Source of the DNA: Patescibacteria group bacterium
GTDB taxonomy: Bacteria; Patescibacteriota; Patescibacteriia; UBA1558; UBA10009
Assembly: GCA_018818425.1 (NCBI GenBank)
Contig: JAHISB010000043.1
Location: forward strand, 1 to 55,527
DNA: 55,527 nucleotides
Reading direction: 5' to 3'
A program made the translations under genes and the position numbers. Of this stretch, positions 19,979 to 28,663 are shown in pieces (position 1 is the stretch's first letter; every line of letters starts with the position of its first letter). The notes under the pieces are model-generated. The model searched no databases, had not been told where the DNA came from, and saw nothing but the letters and a program-made list of their open reading frames with translations.

Positions 19979-21028
19979 CTATTCTTCTAGTTTGAGTTCG
20001 GTGTTAATCTTCTTCTCAAAAAAATCGCTTAAAAACACCGAAACGCCGGTGGCTACCGGCACCGAAAGCAAAGCGCCCACCACTCCGCCCAGTTTAGCGC
20101 CCACTAAAATCACCACAATCACCACCAAGGGATTAAGGCCCACTGTTTTGCCCATAACTTTGGGCACAATAATATGATTCTCCAGCTGCTGGATAATAAT
20201 ATAAAGTGCTATCACAAAAATACCGGTTAAGGGCGACTGTAAAAAGCCGAAAAACACGGCCGGGATGGCTGCCAAAGTCGGGCCCAAAAAAGGAATAACT
20301 TCCAAAAGGCCGGCAATTAAAGCCAGCAACAAAGCGTACTGCACGCCTAAAATAGACAGGCCAATAAACACTAAGGCAAAAATAATCAAAGAAAGGATCA
20401 GCTGGCCTCTTAGCCATAGGCCCATTTTTCTTTGAATCCTAAACATCAGCTGGTTTATATACGGTTGAATTTTAGACGGGCTGACCGCCCTGATAAAGCT
20501 CTTTAAGCCCTCCTCTTCAACCGTAAAATAAAAAGTGATTACCAAAACCAAAAAGAAAGAGATAATGCCGCCAAAAAAACCAAAGACCGTGGAAAAAATA
20601 TTGGTGATGGCGCCGGGCAGGCTGGAACTTAAAGAATCTATGCCCTGTTGCAGTTCGGTTTCTAACCGCGCCGGAGCCACGCCCTTAAAATAATTAATGC
20701 CGTGAATCACCTTGTCATAGTAATAAGGGAAATTTTTAGCGATCTGGCCGATCTCTTTGGTGATGGGCGGAACAATCAAAACAATGGTTGTGCTGATAAT
20801 GGCAAAAAGGAGCAGATAAATAATAATAATGGCTACGCCCCGGGGAATTTTTCTTTTCTGAAACCAGTCAACCCAGGGGTCAAAGGCCGAAGCCAAAACC
20901 AAAGAAATAAAAATTGAAGCAATCACTTCCTTGATTAAATAAAGAAAAACAATAATTAAAAAAATGAGTAATAATTTCAAAATAGTGGTGGTAGAGATAT
21001 TAATTGTTTGAGAATTTTTGTTTTCCAT
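19979..21028 (-). CDS. AI-2E family transporter (PerM-like permease)
   Basis: 349 aa, polytopic, with the conserved C-terminal IPFLGP and VPKVMG region. Confidence 0.85.
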   Translation of the reverse strand: MENKNSQTINISTTTILKLLLIFLIIVFLYLIKEVIASIFISLVLASAFDPWVDWFQKRKIPRGVAIIIIYLLLFAIISTTIVLIVPPITKEIGQIAKNFPYYYDKVIHGINYFKGVAPARLETELQQGIDSLSSSLPGAITNIFSTVFGFFGGIISFFLVLVITFYFTVEEEGLKSFIRAVSPSKIQPYINQLMFRIQRKMGLWLRGQLILSLIIFALVFIGLSILGVQYALLLALIAGLLEVIPFLGPTLAAIPAVFFGFLQSPLTGIFVIALYIIIQQLENHIIVPKVMGKTVGLNPLVVIVVILVGAKLGGVVGALLSVPVATGVSVFLSDFFEKKINTELKLEE

Positions 21029-21044
21029 AAATTTGTGGGGTTAT

Positions 21045-21143
21045 GAGAACATGGGAGCATGTGATCATGGGAGCATGGGAGCACTTGATCTCATGTTCTC
21101 ATTTTCCAGTGTTCTAATGCTCTAATGTTCCAGTGTTCTAATG
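21045..21143. repeat. 8-nt GARCAYKR word dyad, locus C
   Basis: GAGAACATGGGAGCATGTGATCATGGGAGCATGGGAGCACTTGATC faces TCATGTTC TCATTTTC CAGTGTTC TAATGCTC TAATGTTC CAGTGTTC. Overlaps the M16 stop codon. Confidence 0.85.
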
Positions 21144-22409
21144 ATTTTTGAGTATTTTTAAAAACTTTTTTTTATCTTGATAAGGCCCGATGATGCCCAG
21201 ATTGATTTTCTGGTTTTTGATGATTTCTTGGGCTGTTTGCCGGACCTGGCCGGCTGTGACTTTTTCCACTTTCTTTAACTGCTGGTCTATGGTTTCTATT
21301 TTATTTTTCAAAAGCTGCTGAGCGGCCAGCCACTGAATTCTGGCCGCTGAATCTTCTAGCCCCAAAATCAATTTGCCTTTGATATATTCCTTGCTCCGCT
21401 TCAGTTCTTCGGCAGTGACATCTTTATTAACCGCTTTTTCCAGCTCTTTAAGAATGGTTTTTATAGCTAAATTAATTTTTGATTTATCCAGTCCGGCATA
21501 AACCGCCAACGCCCCGGTGTCCTGATACGGGCTAAGGTCGGTTTTAATATAATAGGCCAGCCCCAGCTTTTCCCTGATTTCCAAAAACAATCTAGAGCTC
21601 ATATTACCTCCTAAAATAATGGCTAACAACAATAACGGGTAGTTCTTGGGATTAGTGATTTTATAAGCGGGAAATCCCAAGGCCAGATGAACCTGCTCGG
21701 TGGCTTTGGTTTTTAAATTGATTCTAGGGCTTTTTTGGAGACTGCTAAATTTTTTAAATGAACTTTTTTTAAAACCGCTGGCTGGCTGATTAAAATATTG
21801 ACTGGCCAGCTTTTTAGTTTTTGGCTGGTTGAATTTGCCGCCCACCGCCACGATAACGTTATCAGCCGCATAATTAGCTTTAAAATAATTAACAATTTCG
21901 GCATGAGAAATTTTTCGGATATTCTCTTTGGAACCGCTGATTACTCTGGCCAGCGAACTGCCCGCAAACACCGCCTCTTCAAAAACATTATCAACCATCA
22001 AAAGCGGATTGTCTTCGTACATATTAATTTCTTCGATAATCACTCCTCTTTCTCTTTCCATCTCTTCTTTGGCAAAAAGTGAATTATGGAGCATGTCCGA
22101 AACCACATCCAAAGCCAGCTCTAAATGTTCGTGATTAACCTTAATGTAATAGCCGGTATGGTCTTTGGCTGTAAAAGCGTTAAAGCTGGCGCCGACGCCG
22201 TCCAGTTCCTTGGTAATATCTAAGCTGGTCGGCCGTTTTTTGGTGCCTTTAAACAGCAGATGTTCGACAAAATGCGAAATGCCATTAAGCTTTGCGGATT
22301 CATAGCGCGAACCGACTTTAACCAATATTAAAACCGTGACCGTTTCTGTGCCTTCCAAGGGCGCCAACAGCAGTTTGGTTTTATTATGTAAAGTTTCTAG
22401 TGTATACAT
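21138..22409 (-). CDS. M16 (pitrilysin) family zinc peptidase
   Basis: HFVEH (HxxEH) zinc motif and downstream EE. I prefer the ATG at 22409, because the 8 extra residues of the track ORF are encoded by repeat locus D. Confidence 0.85.
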   Translation of the reverse strand: MYTLETLHNKTKLLLAPLEGTETVTVLILVKVGSRYESAKLNGISHFVEHLLFKGTKKRPTSLDITKELDGVGASFNAFTAKDHTGYYIKVNHEHLELALDVVSDMLHNSLFAKEEMERERGVIIEEINMYEDNPLLMVDNVFEEAVFAGSSLARVISGSKENIRKISHAEIVNYFKANYAADNVIVAVGGKFNQPKTKKLASQYFNQPASGFKKSSFKKFSSLQKSPRINLKTKATEQVHLALGFPAYKITNPKNYPLLLLAIILGGNMSSRLFLEIREKLGLAYYIKTDLSPYQDTGALAVYAGLDKSKINLAIKTILKELEKAVNKDVTAEELKRSKEYIKGKLILGLEDSAARIQWLAAQQLLKNKIETIDQQLKKVEKVTAGQVRQTAQEIIKNQKINLGIIGPYQDKKKFLKILKNH

Positions 22410-22563
22410 GGGAGCATGGGAGCATGAGAACATGGGAGCAAGTGTTCTAATGCTCTAATGTTCTCATGTTCCAGTGTTTTAATGCTCTAATGTTCTCATG
22501 TTCCAGTGTTCTAATGCTCTAATGTTCTCATGTTCCAGTGTTTTAATGTTCTGGTGTTCTAAT
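22407..22563. repeat. 8-nt GARCAYKR word dyad, locus D (largest, with a 32-nt higher-order repeat)
   Basis: A short forward arm CATGGGAGCATGGGAGCATGAGAACATGGGAGCA, then about 15 complementary units. These include (TAATGCTC TAATGTTC TCATGTTC CAGTGTTY) x3. Overlaps the glyQS stop codon. Confidence 0.9.
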
Positions 22564-23959
22564 ACCCAAACTTCTCTCTAAAATAATCCCTAAGTTCTTT
22601 GATGTTCACCCGATCCTGCTTCATGCTGTCACGGTCTCTGACGGTTACTTTTTTATCTTCTAATGAATCAAAATCAATGGTTACACAATAAGGCGTGCCG
22701 ATTTCATCCTGCCTGCGGTAGCGCTTGCCGATTGTTTGAGTTGTATCGTAAGCGCACATATAGTTTTCTTTAAGCTGGCCGTAAACACTCATCGAAAGCT
22801 CTTCTAATTTTTCTTTTTTTGAAAGCGGCAGGATAGCTATTTTAATCGGCGCTAAATCTTTATGAAGCTTAAGCACAGTTTCTGTTTCGTGCTTAGCATC
22901 TTTATCGCCGCTTCTGGCTTCCATCTCGGTATAAGCATCAACAATAAAAGCCAGAACCGACCTGTCGATACCGCCGGAAGTTTCTATAATATACGGCAGG
23001 TATTTCTCTTTGGAATCTTCGTCTAAAATTTTTAAATCGTGTCCCGAAAATTCTTCGTGTCTTTTTAAATCGAAATCACCGCGATTATGAATGCCTTCCA
23101 GTTCTTTATCGGCAAAAGGGAAATCGTACTCTATATCCACTGCAGCTTTGGCATAATGCGCCAGTTCGTTGTTTTTATGCCGGCGGAGTTTAAGTTTAGC
23201 TTTATTAAGCCCCATTTTCTGATACCATTCGAATCTCTGCTGTTGCCAGTATTCAAACCATTTTTCCGCTTCAGCGGGATGAACAAAATACTGCATCTCC
23301 ATCTGTTCAAACTCCCTGGTCCTGAAAGTAAAATTGCCCGGGGTAATTTCGTTCCTAAAGGCCTTGCCGATCTGGGCGATGCCAAAAGGCATTTTTTTAT
23401 TGGCGGACATCCTCACGTTTTCAAAATTGACGTAAATGCCCTGGGCCGTTTCCGGTCTTAAATAAATTTCCGAAGCTTTGTTTTCCAACGCGCCCATAAA
23501 AGTTTTAAACATTAAATTAAAATCTCTGATTTCTGTCAGCTCGCCATCGCATTCCGGACATTTTATTTTATGCTTTTTAAAATCCGCCTGCCTAAAATCC
23601 GGCTTAATGCCCTTGGATTCTAAAAGATGGTCAGCGCGGAATCTTTTTTTGCATTTTTTACAGTCAACCAGCGGGTCAGTAAAACCTTCCAGATGACCAG
23701 AAGCTTCCCAGATTTTTGGATGCATTAAAATTGAAGAATCCAAGCCCGCCACATCGTCTCTTAGCTGAACCATTTCTTTCCACCAGGCCTTTTTAAGATT
23801 ATTCTTGAGTTCTATGCCTAAAGGACCGTAATCGTAGCAGGAATTAATACCGCCGTAGATTTCGGATGATTGAAAGATGAAGCCGCGGCGTTTGGCTAAA
23901 GAGACTATTTTTTCCATTGTATCTTGTTTGTCCTCTGATTTATCTGATTTCTTTGACAT
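22559..23959 (-). CDS. glyQS: Glycyl-tRNA synthetase (alpha2 type)
   Basis: 466 aa with class II motifs and typical GlyQS sequence (FRNEITPGNFTFRTREFEQME). Confidence 0.95.
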   Translation of the reverse strand: MSKKSDKSEDKQDTMEKIVSLAKRRGFIFQSSEIYGGINSCYDYGPLGIELKNNLKKAWWKEMVQLRDDVAGLDSSILMHPKIWEASGHLEGFTDPLVDCKKCKKRFRADHLLESKGIKPDFRQADFKKHKIKCPECDGELTEIRDFNLMFKTFMGALENKASEIYLRPETAQGIYVNFENVRMSANKKMPFGIAQIGKAFRNEITPGNFTFRTREFEQMEMQYFVHPAEAEKWFEYWQQQRFEWYQKMGLNKAKLKLRRHKNNELAHYAKAAVDIEYDFPFADKELEGIHNRGDFDLKRHEEFSGHDLKILDEDSKEKYLPYIIETSGGIDRSVLAFIVDAYTEMEARSGDKDAKHETETVLKLHKDLAPIKIAILPLSKKEKLEELSMSVYGQLKENYMCAYDTTQTIGKRYRRQDEIGTPYCVTIDFDSLEDKKVTVRDRDSMKQDRVNIKELRDYFREKFGY

Positions 23960-23993
23960 ATAAATTCACTATAAAATTAATAAGATTAGCTTT

Positions 23994-24022
23994 ATTATAG
24001 TAGAAATAGGGTTTTTTGGCAA
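23994..24022 (-). promoter_or_regulatory. Candidate glyQS promoter TTGCCA-17-TATAAT
   Basis: Minus-strand -35 at 24022-24017 and -10 at 23999-23994, 35 nt upstream of the ATG. Confidence 0.3.
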
Positions 24023-24334
24023 ATAAAAAATGACGTCTTCATTTGTCACTGTTCATTGTCCATTGATTCACTCAAACTCCGCCAATCTATCTAAAAGCGC
24101 TTTGACAACATGTTTTGGTTATTGTATACTTAATTGCTTAAATAATTCCGTATAATGCCCCGAAGCTTTACTTTGAAAAATCCTCTTATATTAAAGTAAA
24201 AAATACACTTTAATAAATTAGATAAATTAGGAATTATAAAAGCGAAGGGGTATAATTTTGGAAATTGGAATTTATTTAAAATTTGCCGATAGGCCCCGAG
24301 CGGAGTCGAGGGATGGAATTTGTTATTTGAGATT

Positions 24335-26971
24335 TTAAAACTTAGTAGCTTTTTCCACCCTAAGCTCCCCGCCTTTTTCTAAAATAACCTTATCGCGCCG
24401 CCCGATCTTGCCGGTTAATAAATGATTGGCCAGCGCATTATCCACCCTGTCTTGGATAACCCTTTTTAACGGCCTGGCGCCAAAGGTCGGGTCAAAACCG
24501 GCTTGAGCCAGCTCCTCAACGGCCTCGTCGGTAGCTTCCAGATAGATGCCTTTATTAATTAACCTTTTTTTAACTTGAGCCAAAAGCAGGCCGGCGATTT
24601 GCTTAATATGAACCTGGCTTAACGGCTTAAAAACCACTGTGCCGTCAAAACGGTTTAAAAACTCCGGTTTAAAATACTGCCTTAATTCTTCTTGAATTAA
24701 TTGATTTTTGATTTCGTCCATGGTTTTGCCGGCCCTGATGCTGTCCTGAATAAAATGAGCGGCGGCATTGGAAGTGCCGATAATAATGGTGTTGGAAAAA
24801 TCAACGGTCCGGCCCAGGGCATCGGTCAGGCGGCCGTCGTCCATCATTTGCAAGAATAGGTTTAAAATATCCGGGTGGGCTTTTTCTATTTCGTCAAAAA
24901 GCAAAAGGGCAAAAGGCCTTTTTCTGACGGCTTCGGTTAAAATGCCTGTGCCTCCGCTTTCTTTAGAGCCAATCATTTTATTGACGCTTTCTTTAAGCTG
25001 ATATTCGCTCATATCTAATCTGATCATGTTATCCTCGCTGCCAAAATAGATCTGGGCTACGGTTTTGGCCAGTTCGGTTTTGCCCACGCCGGTCGGGCCT
25101 AAAAATAAAAGATTGACAATGGGGCGATTAACGTCCCTTAGTTCTGCCCGGGCCCGGCGCAGGGCCGCCGCCACTAAATTAACGGCCTCTTCCTGATTAA
25201 TTAAGCGCTGGTGGATTCTTTCTTCAAGATGCAGCAGCTTTTCTGATTCATCGTGAGAAACTTCGGTTAAAGGAATATTAGTTTTATGAGAAATGACTCT
25301 GGCAATATCTTCTCCGGCCACTATCTGATTTTTGCCTTTCTCCTGTAGAACCGCCATAGCTGTTTCTTCTAAAATTTTAATGGCTTTATCGGGCAGATAA
25401 TGGTCAGGAATGTATCTCCGGGAGAGCTTAACCGCCTTATCCAGCGCTTCGTAGGTAAAAAAGGCCTGATGTTTGCCTTCAATAAAGCCGACCTGGGCTT
25501 CCACCATCTGAATGGCCCGGTTATCGTCCGGCTCATCGATAATGACTTTTTCTAAAACCTGGCCCAAAGGATTATTTTCTAGATATTTGATATAATCGGC
25601 CGGGGTGGTGGCGGCAATAGTGATAAGATTTTTCTTGGTTAAAAAATCGGCAAACATCTCCGATAAATCTATATTTTCGGTGCCGGCCGAAGTTAAGCCC
25701 ACTAAATTATGAACATCGTCAATATGCAAAATAATATTGCCGGCCCTGATTATTTCTTGCATAATAATCATCACCCGCTGTTCCAGTTCGCCGCTCCGGG
25801 CCGCTCCCGAAACCAGCCGGGAAATAGACAAGCTGACAAATCTTTTATCTTTCATAACTTTCGGCACTTCTTCTTCCACCATTAAATTGGCAATACCCTC
25901 AACCACATTGGATTTGCCCACGCCGGGCAGGCCCGTTAAAACCACGCTGTTTCTGCCTCCCTGAATAATGTTAAAAACCTCATTAATCTCTTTTTCTCTG
26001 GCTATGCACAAAGGCAGATAGCCGGCCCGCGATAAAATGGTCAAGTCTTCGCTAAAGCTGTCTAAAACCGGGGTGGCTAAAGCGGTCATGGCCCGGTCCA
26101 TTGCTCCTTTGGGCTTAAAAGCCGCTTTGGTTCGATGGCGCTGATAGCGCTCCAATAAAACTTTATTGATCTTTGCCCATTTAATGGCGTTGGCCATCAT
26201 TTCTTCGGTTACTTTATAATCAAACAAAACATCCTGAATCACTTTATCCTGCTTGATAACGGCCTCTAAAAAATCCAGAACCGTTACCTGGGATGATGAG
26301 CTTTGGTAAGCCAAAAAATAAGCCAGAGATAAAGTTTTAAGAATTTTTGAACCGGCTTCCTGGCCCTCTGTCTGTGGCAGTTTTTTAACTAGACTGCCGA
26401 TAACCTTTTCAAAATTTTTGAACGGCAGGCTTAAACGAACCATAGTATTGACAATCTTGTTATTGGCAAACAGTCCTGCCAAAATATGCAGAGGGTCTAA
26501 ACTCTGCCCATTAGCTAATGATTTTAAATAAGCTTTATCCAAAATCTTCAACGCTTCATGGGAAAAACTTTTTGAAATTTCGATCCGCTTAACTTTTTTC
26601 TTGGCTGCCGCGGCTTGCTTAAAGCTCTTTTTAACAACTCTTAACGATTTTCTTGAATCAAGAATAAAACTGTAAAAAAGATAGCACCAGCCCAAAACAG
26701 ACCACCAGAAATATTTTAAATAATCCTCCTGCCAAACTGCTGAATTAAAAAATGACTGCCCTGATTGTGACAGCAGCCATAAATGATTGGCTAAAATATA
26801 AAGTCCGTAAAAGCCCAAAGCAAAAAGAGCCAATCTGATAATAAGCTTGATTATTTTTTCTAAACTGCGATAAAAAATAGCTTGTTTAGAAAACTCCCGG
26901 CCCCAGTAAAGCTGCCGCCCTTCCAGCTCTAAATATTCTGATGATAAATTTTCAAAATTTTGTAAATCCAT
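24335..26971 (-). CDS. Membrane-anchored two-ring Clp/Hsp100 AAA+ ATPase (ClpB/ClpC-like, no M domain)
   Basis: N-terminal region of about 125 aa with two hydrophobic helices, then Clp_N repeats. D1 has GLPGVGKS and ILHIDDVH; D2 has GPTGVGKT, LLLFDEIEKAH and GARPLKR. I prefer the ATG at 26971; the TTG at 27010 lies in repeat sequence. Confidence 0.85.
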   Translation of the reverse strand: MDLQNFENLSSEYLELEGRQLYWGREFSKQAIFYRSLEKIIKLIIRLALFALGFYGLYILANHLWLLSQSGQSFFNSAVWQEDYLKYFWWSVLGWCYLFYSFILDSRKSLRVVKKSFKQAAAAKKKVKRIEISKSFSHEALKILDKAYLKSLANGQSLDPLHILAGLFANNKIVNTMVRLSLPFKNFEKVIGSLVKKLPQTEGQEAGSKILKTLSLAYFLAYQSSSSQVTVLDFLEAVIKQDKVIQDVLFDYKVTEEMMANAIKWAKINKVLLERYQRHRTKAAFKPKGAMDRAMTALATPVLDSFSEDLTILSRAGYLPLCIAREKEINEVFNIIQGGRNSVVLTGLPGVGKSNVVEGIANLMVEEEVPKVMKDKRFVSLSISRLVSGAARSGELEQRVMIIMQEIIRAGNIILHIDDVHNLVGLTSAGTENIDLSEMFADFLTKKNLITIAATTPADYIKYLENNPLGQVLEKVIIDEPDDNRAIQMVEAQVGFIEGKHQAFFTYEALDKAVKLSRRYIPDHYLPDKAIKILEETAMAVLQEKGKNQIVAGEDIARVISHKTNIPLTEVSHDESEKLLHLEERIHQRLINQEEAVNLVAAALRRARAELRDVNRPIVNLLFLGPTGVGKTELAKTVAQIYFGSEDNMIRLDMSEYQLKESVNKMIGSKESGGTGILTEAVRKRPFALLLFDEIEKAHPDILNLFLQMMDDGRLTDALGRTVDFSNTIIIGTSNAAAHFIQDSIRAGKTMDEIKNQLIQEELRQYFKPEFLNRFDGTVVFKPLSQVHIKQIAGLLLAQVKKRLINKGIYLEATDEAVEELAQAGFDPTFGARPLKRVIQDRVDNALANHLLTGKIGRRDKVILEKGGELRVEKATKF

Positions 26972-27000
26972 CTTTAAAAAATTACCAAACACTAAAACTA

Positions 27001-27080
27001 AAAGAACCAAACAAGAACCAAAATTAAAAATAAAAAATTTGTATTTTGGAAATTTTAATTTGTTTGGTTCTTGGTTCTTT
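27001..27080. repeat. GAACCAAA word dyad upstream of the Clp gene
   Basis: AAAGAACCAAACAAGAACCAAAA faces TTTGTTTGGTTCTTGGTTCTTT. A related segment occurs in-frame in tgt (29271-29345). Confidence 0.7.
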
Positions 27081-27088
27081 TGATTTGG

Positions 27089-27454
27089 TCATTTTATTAT
27101 AAATAATTGCCAGACCGCCGCCAGCGGCAGACCTAAGTAAATAATAGGGATTAGTAAGATAAAAGCGGAAATGATGGCCATAATAATAAATCTGAAAATA
27201 ATCTGCACCACTCTCATTAAAAAACTGATTATTCTGCTGGCCGCATCGTACTGGCCGTACATAGGCCTAAAGATATTCTTTAGCCAGACATCCAAAGCTA
27301 AACCTATCCAGGCGCCGGCTATTTTTTTAAAAGTATTCTTTAAGATAATCAAAAAACCGCCGGAATACCACCAAAGCGGCCAATAAAAAATGTGTTTAAT
27401 AATGGCTAAGCTAATGCTTTTGGCTGAAAATAAAGTCTGCTCTCCTGTTTTCAT
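27089..27454 (-). CDS. Hypothetical polytopic membrane protein
   Basis: 121 aa, 3-4 hydrophobic helices, immediately upstream of the Clp gene. Confidence 0.4.
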   Translation of the reverse strand: MKTGEQTLFSAKSISLAIIKHIFYWPLWWYSGGFLIILKNTFKKIAGAWIGLALDVWLKNIFRPMYGQYDAASRIISFLMRVVQIIFRFIIMAIISAFILLIPIIYLGLPLAAVWQLFIIK

Positions 27455-27513
27455 ACAGTAATTTTACCTCACCGCACCTTTTTTCGCAAATTAAAGGCGA
27501 TGTTTCCGATATG

Positions 27514-27550
27514 AAAAGTCCCCGCTTACCCGGCGAGGACTGCTTTTTTG
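27514..27550 (-). terminator. Rho-independent-type hairpin downstream of ORF 27568..27822
   Basis: GTCCCCGC (27518-27525) pairs with GCGAGGAC (27533-27540) with one mismatch, flanked by an A-run and a T-run. It could act in both directions. Confidence 0.45.
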
Positions 27551-27567
27551 CAAATTATTAAACTTGA

Positions 27568-27822
27568 TTAAAGAACTTCCTCCAGACAATCGGCAGGCCA
27601 ATCACCCAATCCAGGTATTTTATATCGCTGGATAGTTTTGATAAGTACCGCCTCATAGACATCGCCCGCCCGAGGATAATCACCGCCGTCTGTGCTTTCT
27701 TCGCTTCTCTTTATGAGTCCGGGGGGATTTGTTGGAAACCTAAGGACATCTGGAGGAGTTTCGATAAATTTTACTTTAACCTTGATTGCTTCACCATTAG
27801 TGACTTCATCATCAGTACACAT
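27568..27822 (-). CDS. Hypothetical protein
   Basis: 84-aa ORF with no recognisable motif. Confidence 0.3.
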   Translation of the reverse strand: MCTDDEVTNGEAIKVKVKFIETPPDVLRFPTNPPGLIKRSEESTDGGDYPRAGDVYEAVLIKTIQRYKIPGLGDWPADCLEEVL

Positions 27823-27913
27823 TTTGCACCTCCTAAAATGACCAATTATCTAAATTTATAATTAGTTTAAAAAACAAGATAATCATTTTTAAATAACATT
27901 CTTGCCAATCACC

Positions 27914-28174
27914 CTATCCTGTTTTTTGAAAATCGTCTTGAGTAATTTCGGCCGACTCTGCTTTTTGTAACTGGGAGGGTTTGCAATTCAAAGGCATTTC
28001 TTGATTTTTAAATTTTACCAGAACCGTTCCGTCAGGTACTCCTGGTTTAATAACCTCGCCTACTCCCAAATCCGCATAGGGACGTTCTAAAAAAACTTCT
28101 GTACCGATGGGCAGGTCCTCGAGCGTCAACTCTTCCTCCTCTTTTGATATTCGTTCAAAAGGTATATTTTTCAT
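27914..28174 (-). CDS. Hypothetical protein
   Basis: 86-aa acidic ORF, 9 nt downstream of the preceding gene stop. Confidence 0.35.
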   Translation of the reverse strand: MKNIPFERISKEEEELTLEDLPIGTEVFLERPYADLGVGEVIKPGVPDGTVLVKFKNQEMPLNCKPSQLQKAESAEITQDDFQKTG

Positions 28175-28183
28175 AATTACAAT

Positions 28184-28528
28184 TTATTTAACTATTTTAG
28201 ATTGATGATACTTTTCTTGAAAATAAGTTAATTTCTTTATTTCCTCTTTAGAATAATCCTGATAATCAGTCACGACTAATTTTATCTCATCGTTATCTCG
28301 CTTTATAACAGCGATAACTATACCTGCAAATTTTTTAATGGGAAAATTAGGACCTAACACATAGGCATCAATTTCTTCGTTATCAACTTCGGAAAAAGTA
28401 TCAGGGATAAAACCATAATTTACCGGATAAACAGTTTTAAACTTTGAGTCTGGATGCCTCGATCCCAGCGGCCTATCGATTATTACTTTTACTTTTTTAC
28501 CCAACCATGATTCGCATTCATTATTCAT
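28184..28528 (-). CDS. Short inorganic-pyrophosphatase-like protein
   Basis: 114 aa. VKVIIDRPLGSRHP ... YPVNYGFIP ... EEIDAYVLG resembles the roughly 110-aa PPase-fold family. Recalled from memory, not searched. Confidence 0.5.
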   Translation of the reverse strand: MNNECESWLGKKVKVIIDRPLGSRHPDSKFKTVYPVNYGFIPDTFSEVDNEEIDAYVLGPNFPIKKFAGIVIAVIKRDNDEIKLVVTDYQDYSKEEIKKLTYFQEKYHQSKIVK

Positions 28529-28570
28529 AATTACAATTTATTTTGACTAATTGACTTTCTAATTCCTGGA

Positions 28571-28663
28571 GTCGCTGACAAACGCTGACTGACGCGAACT
28601 TACGCAAACCGCTGACATTGATGGATAGGTTTCGCGGTTCGCATAAGTTCGCGTCGTTCGCAT
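28571..28663. repeat. GCTGAC/GCGAAC word-repeat dyad (same family as 1522-1638)
   Basis: GTCGCTGAC AAACGCTGAC TGACGCGAAC TTACGCAAACCGCTGAC faces GTTTCGCGGTTCGC ATAAGTTCGC GTCGTTCGC. Confidence 0.6.
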
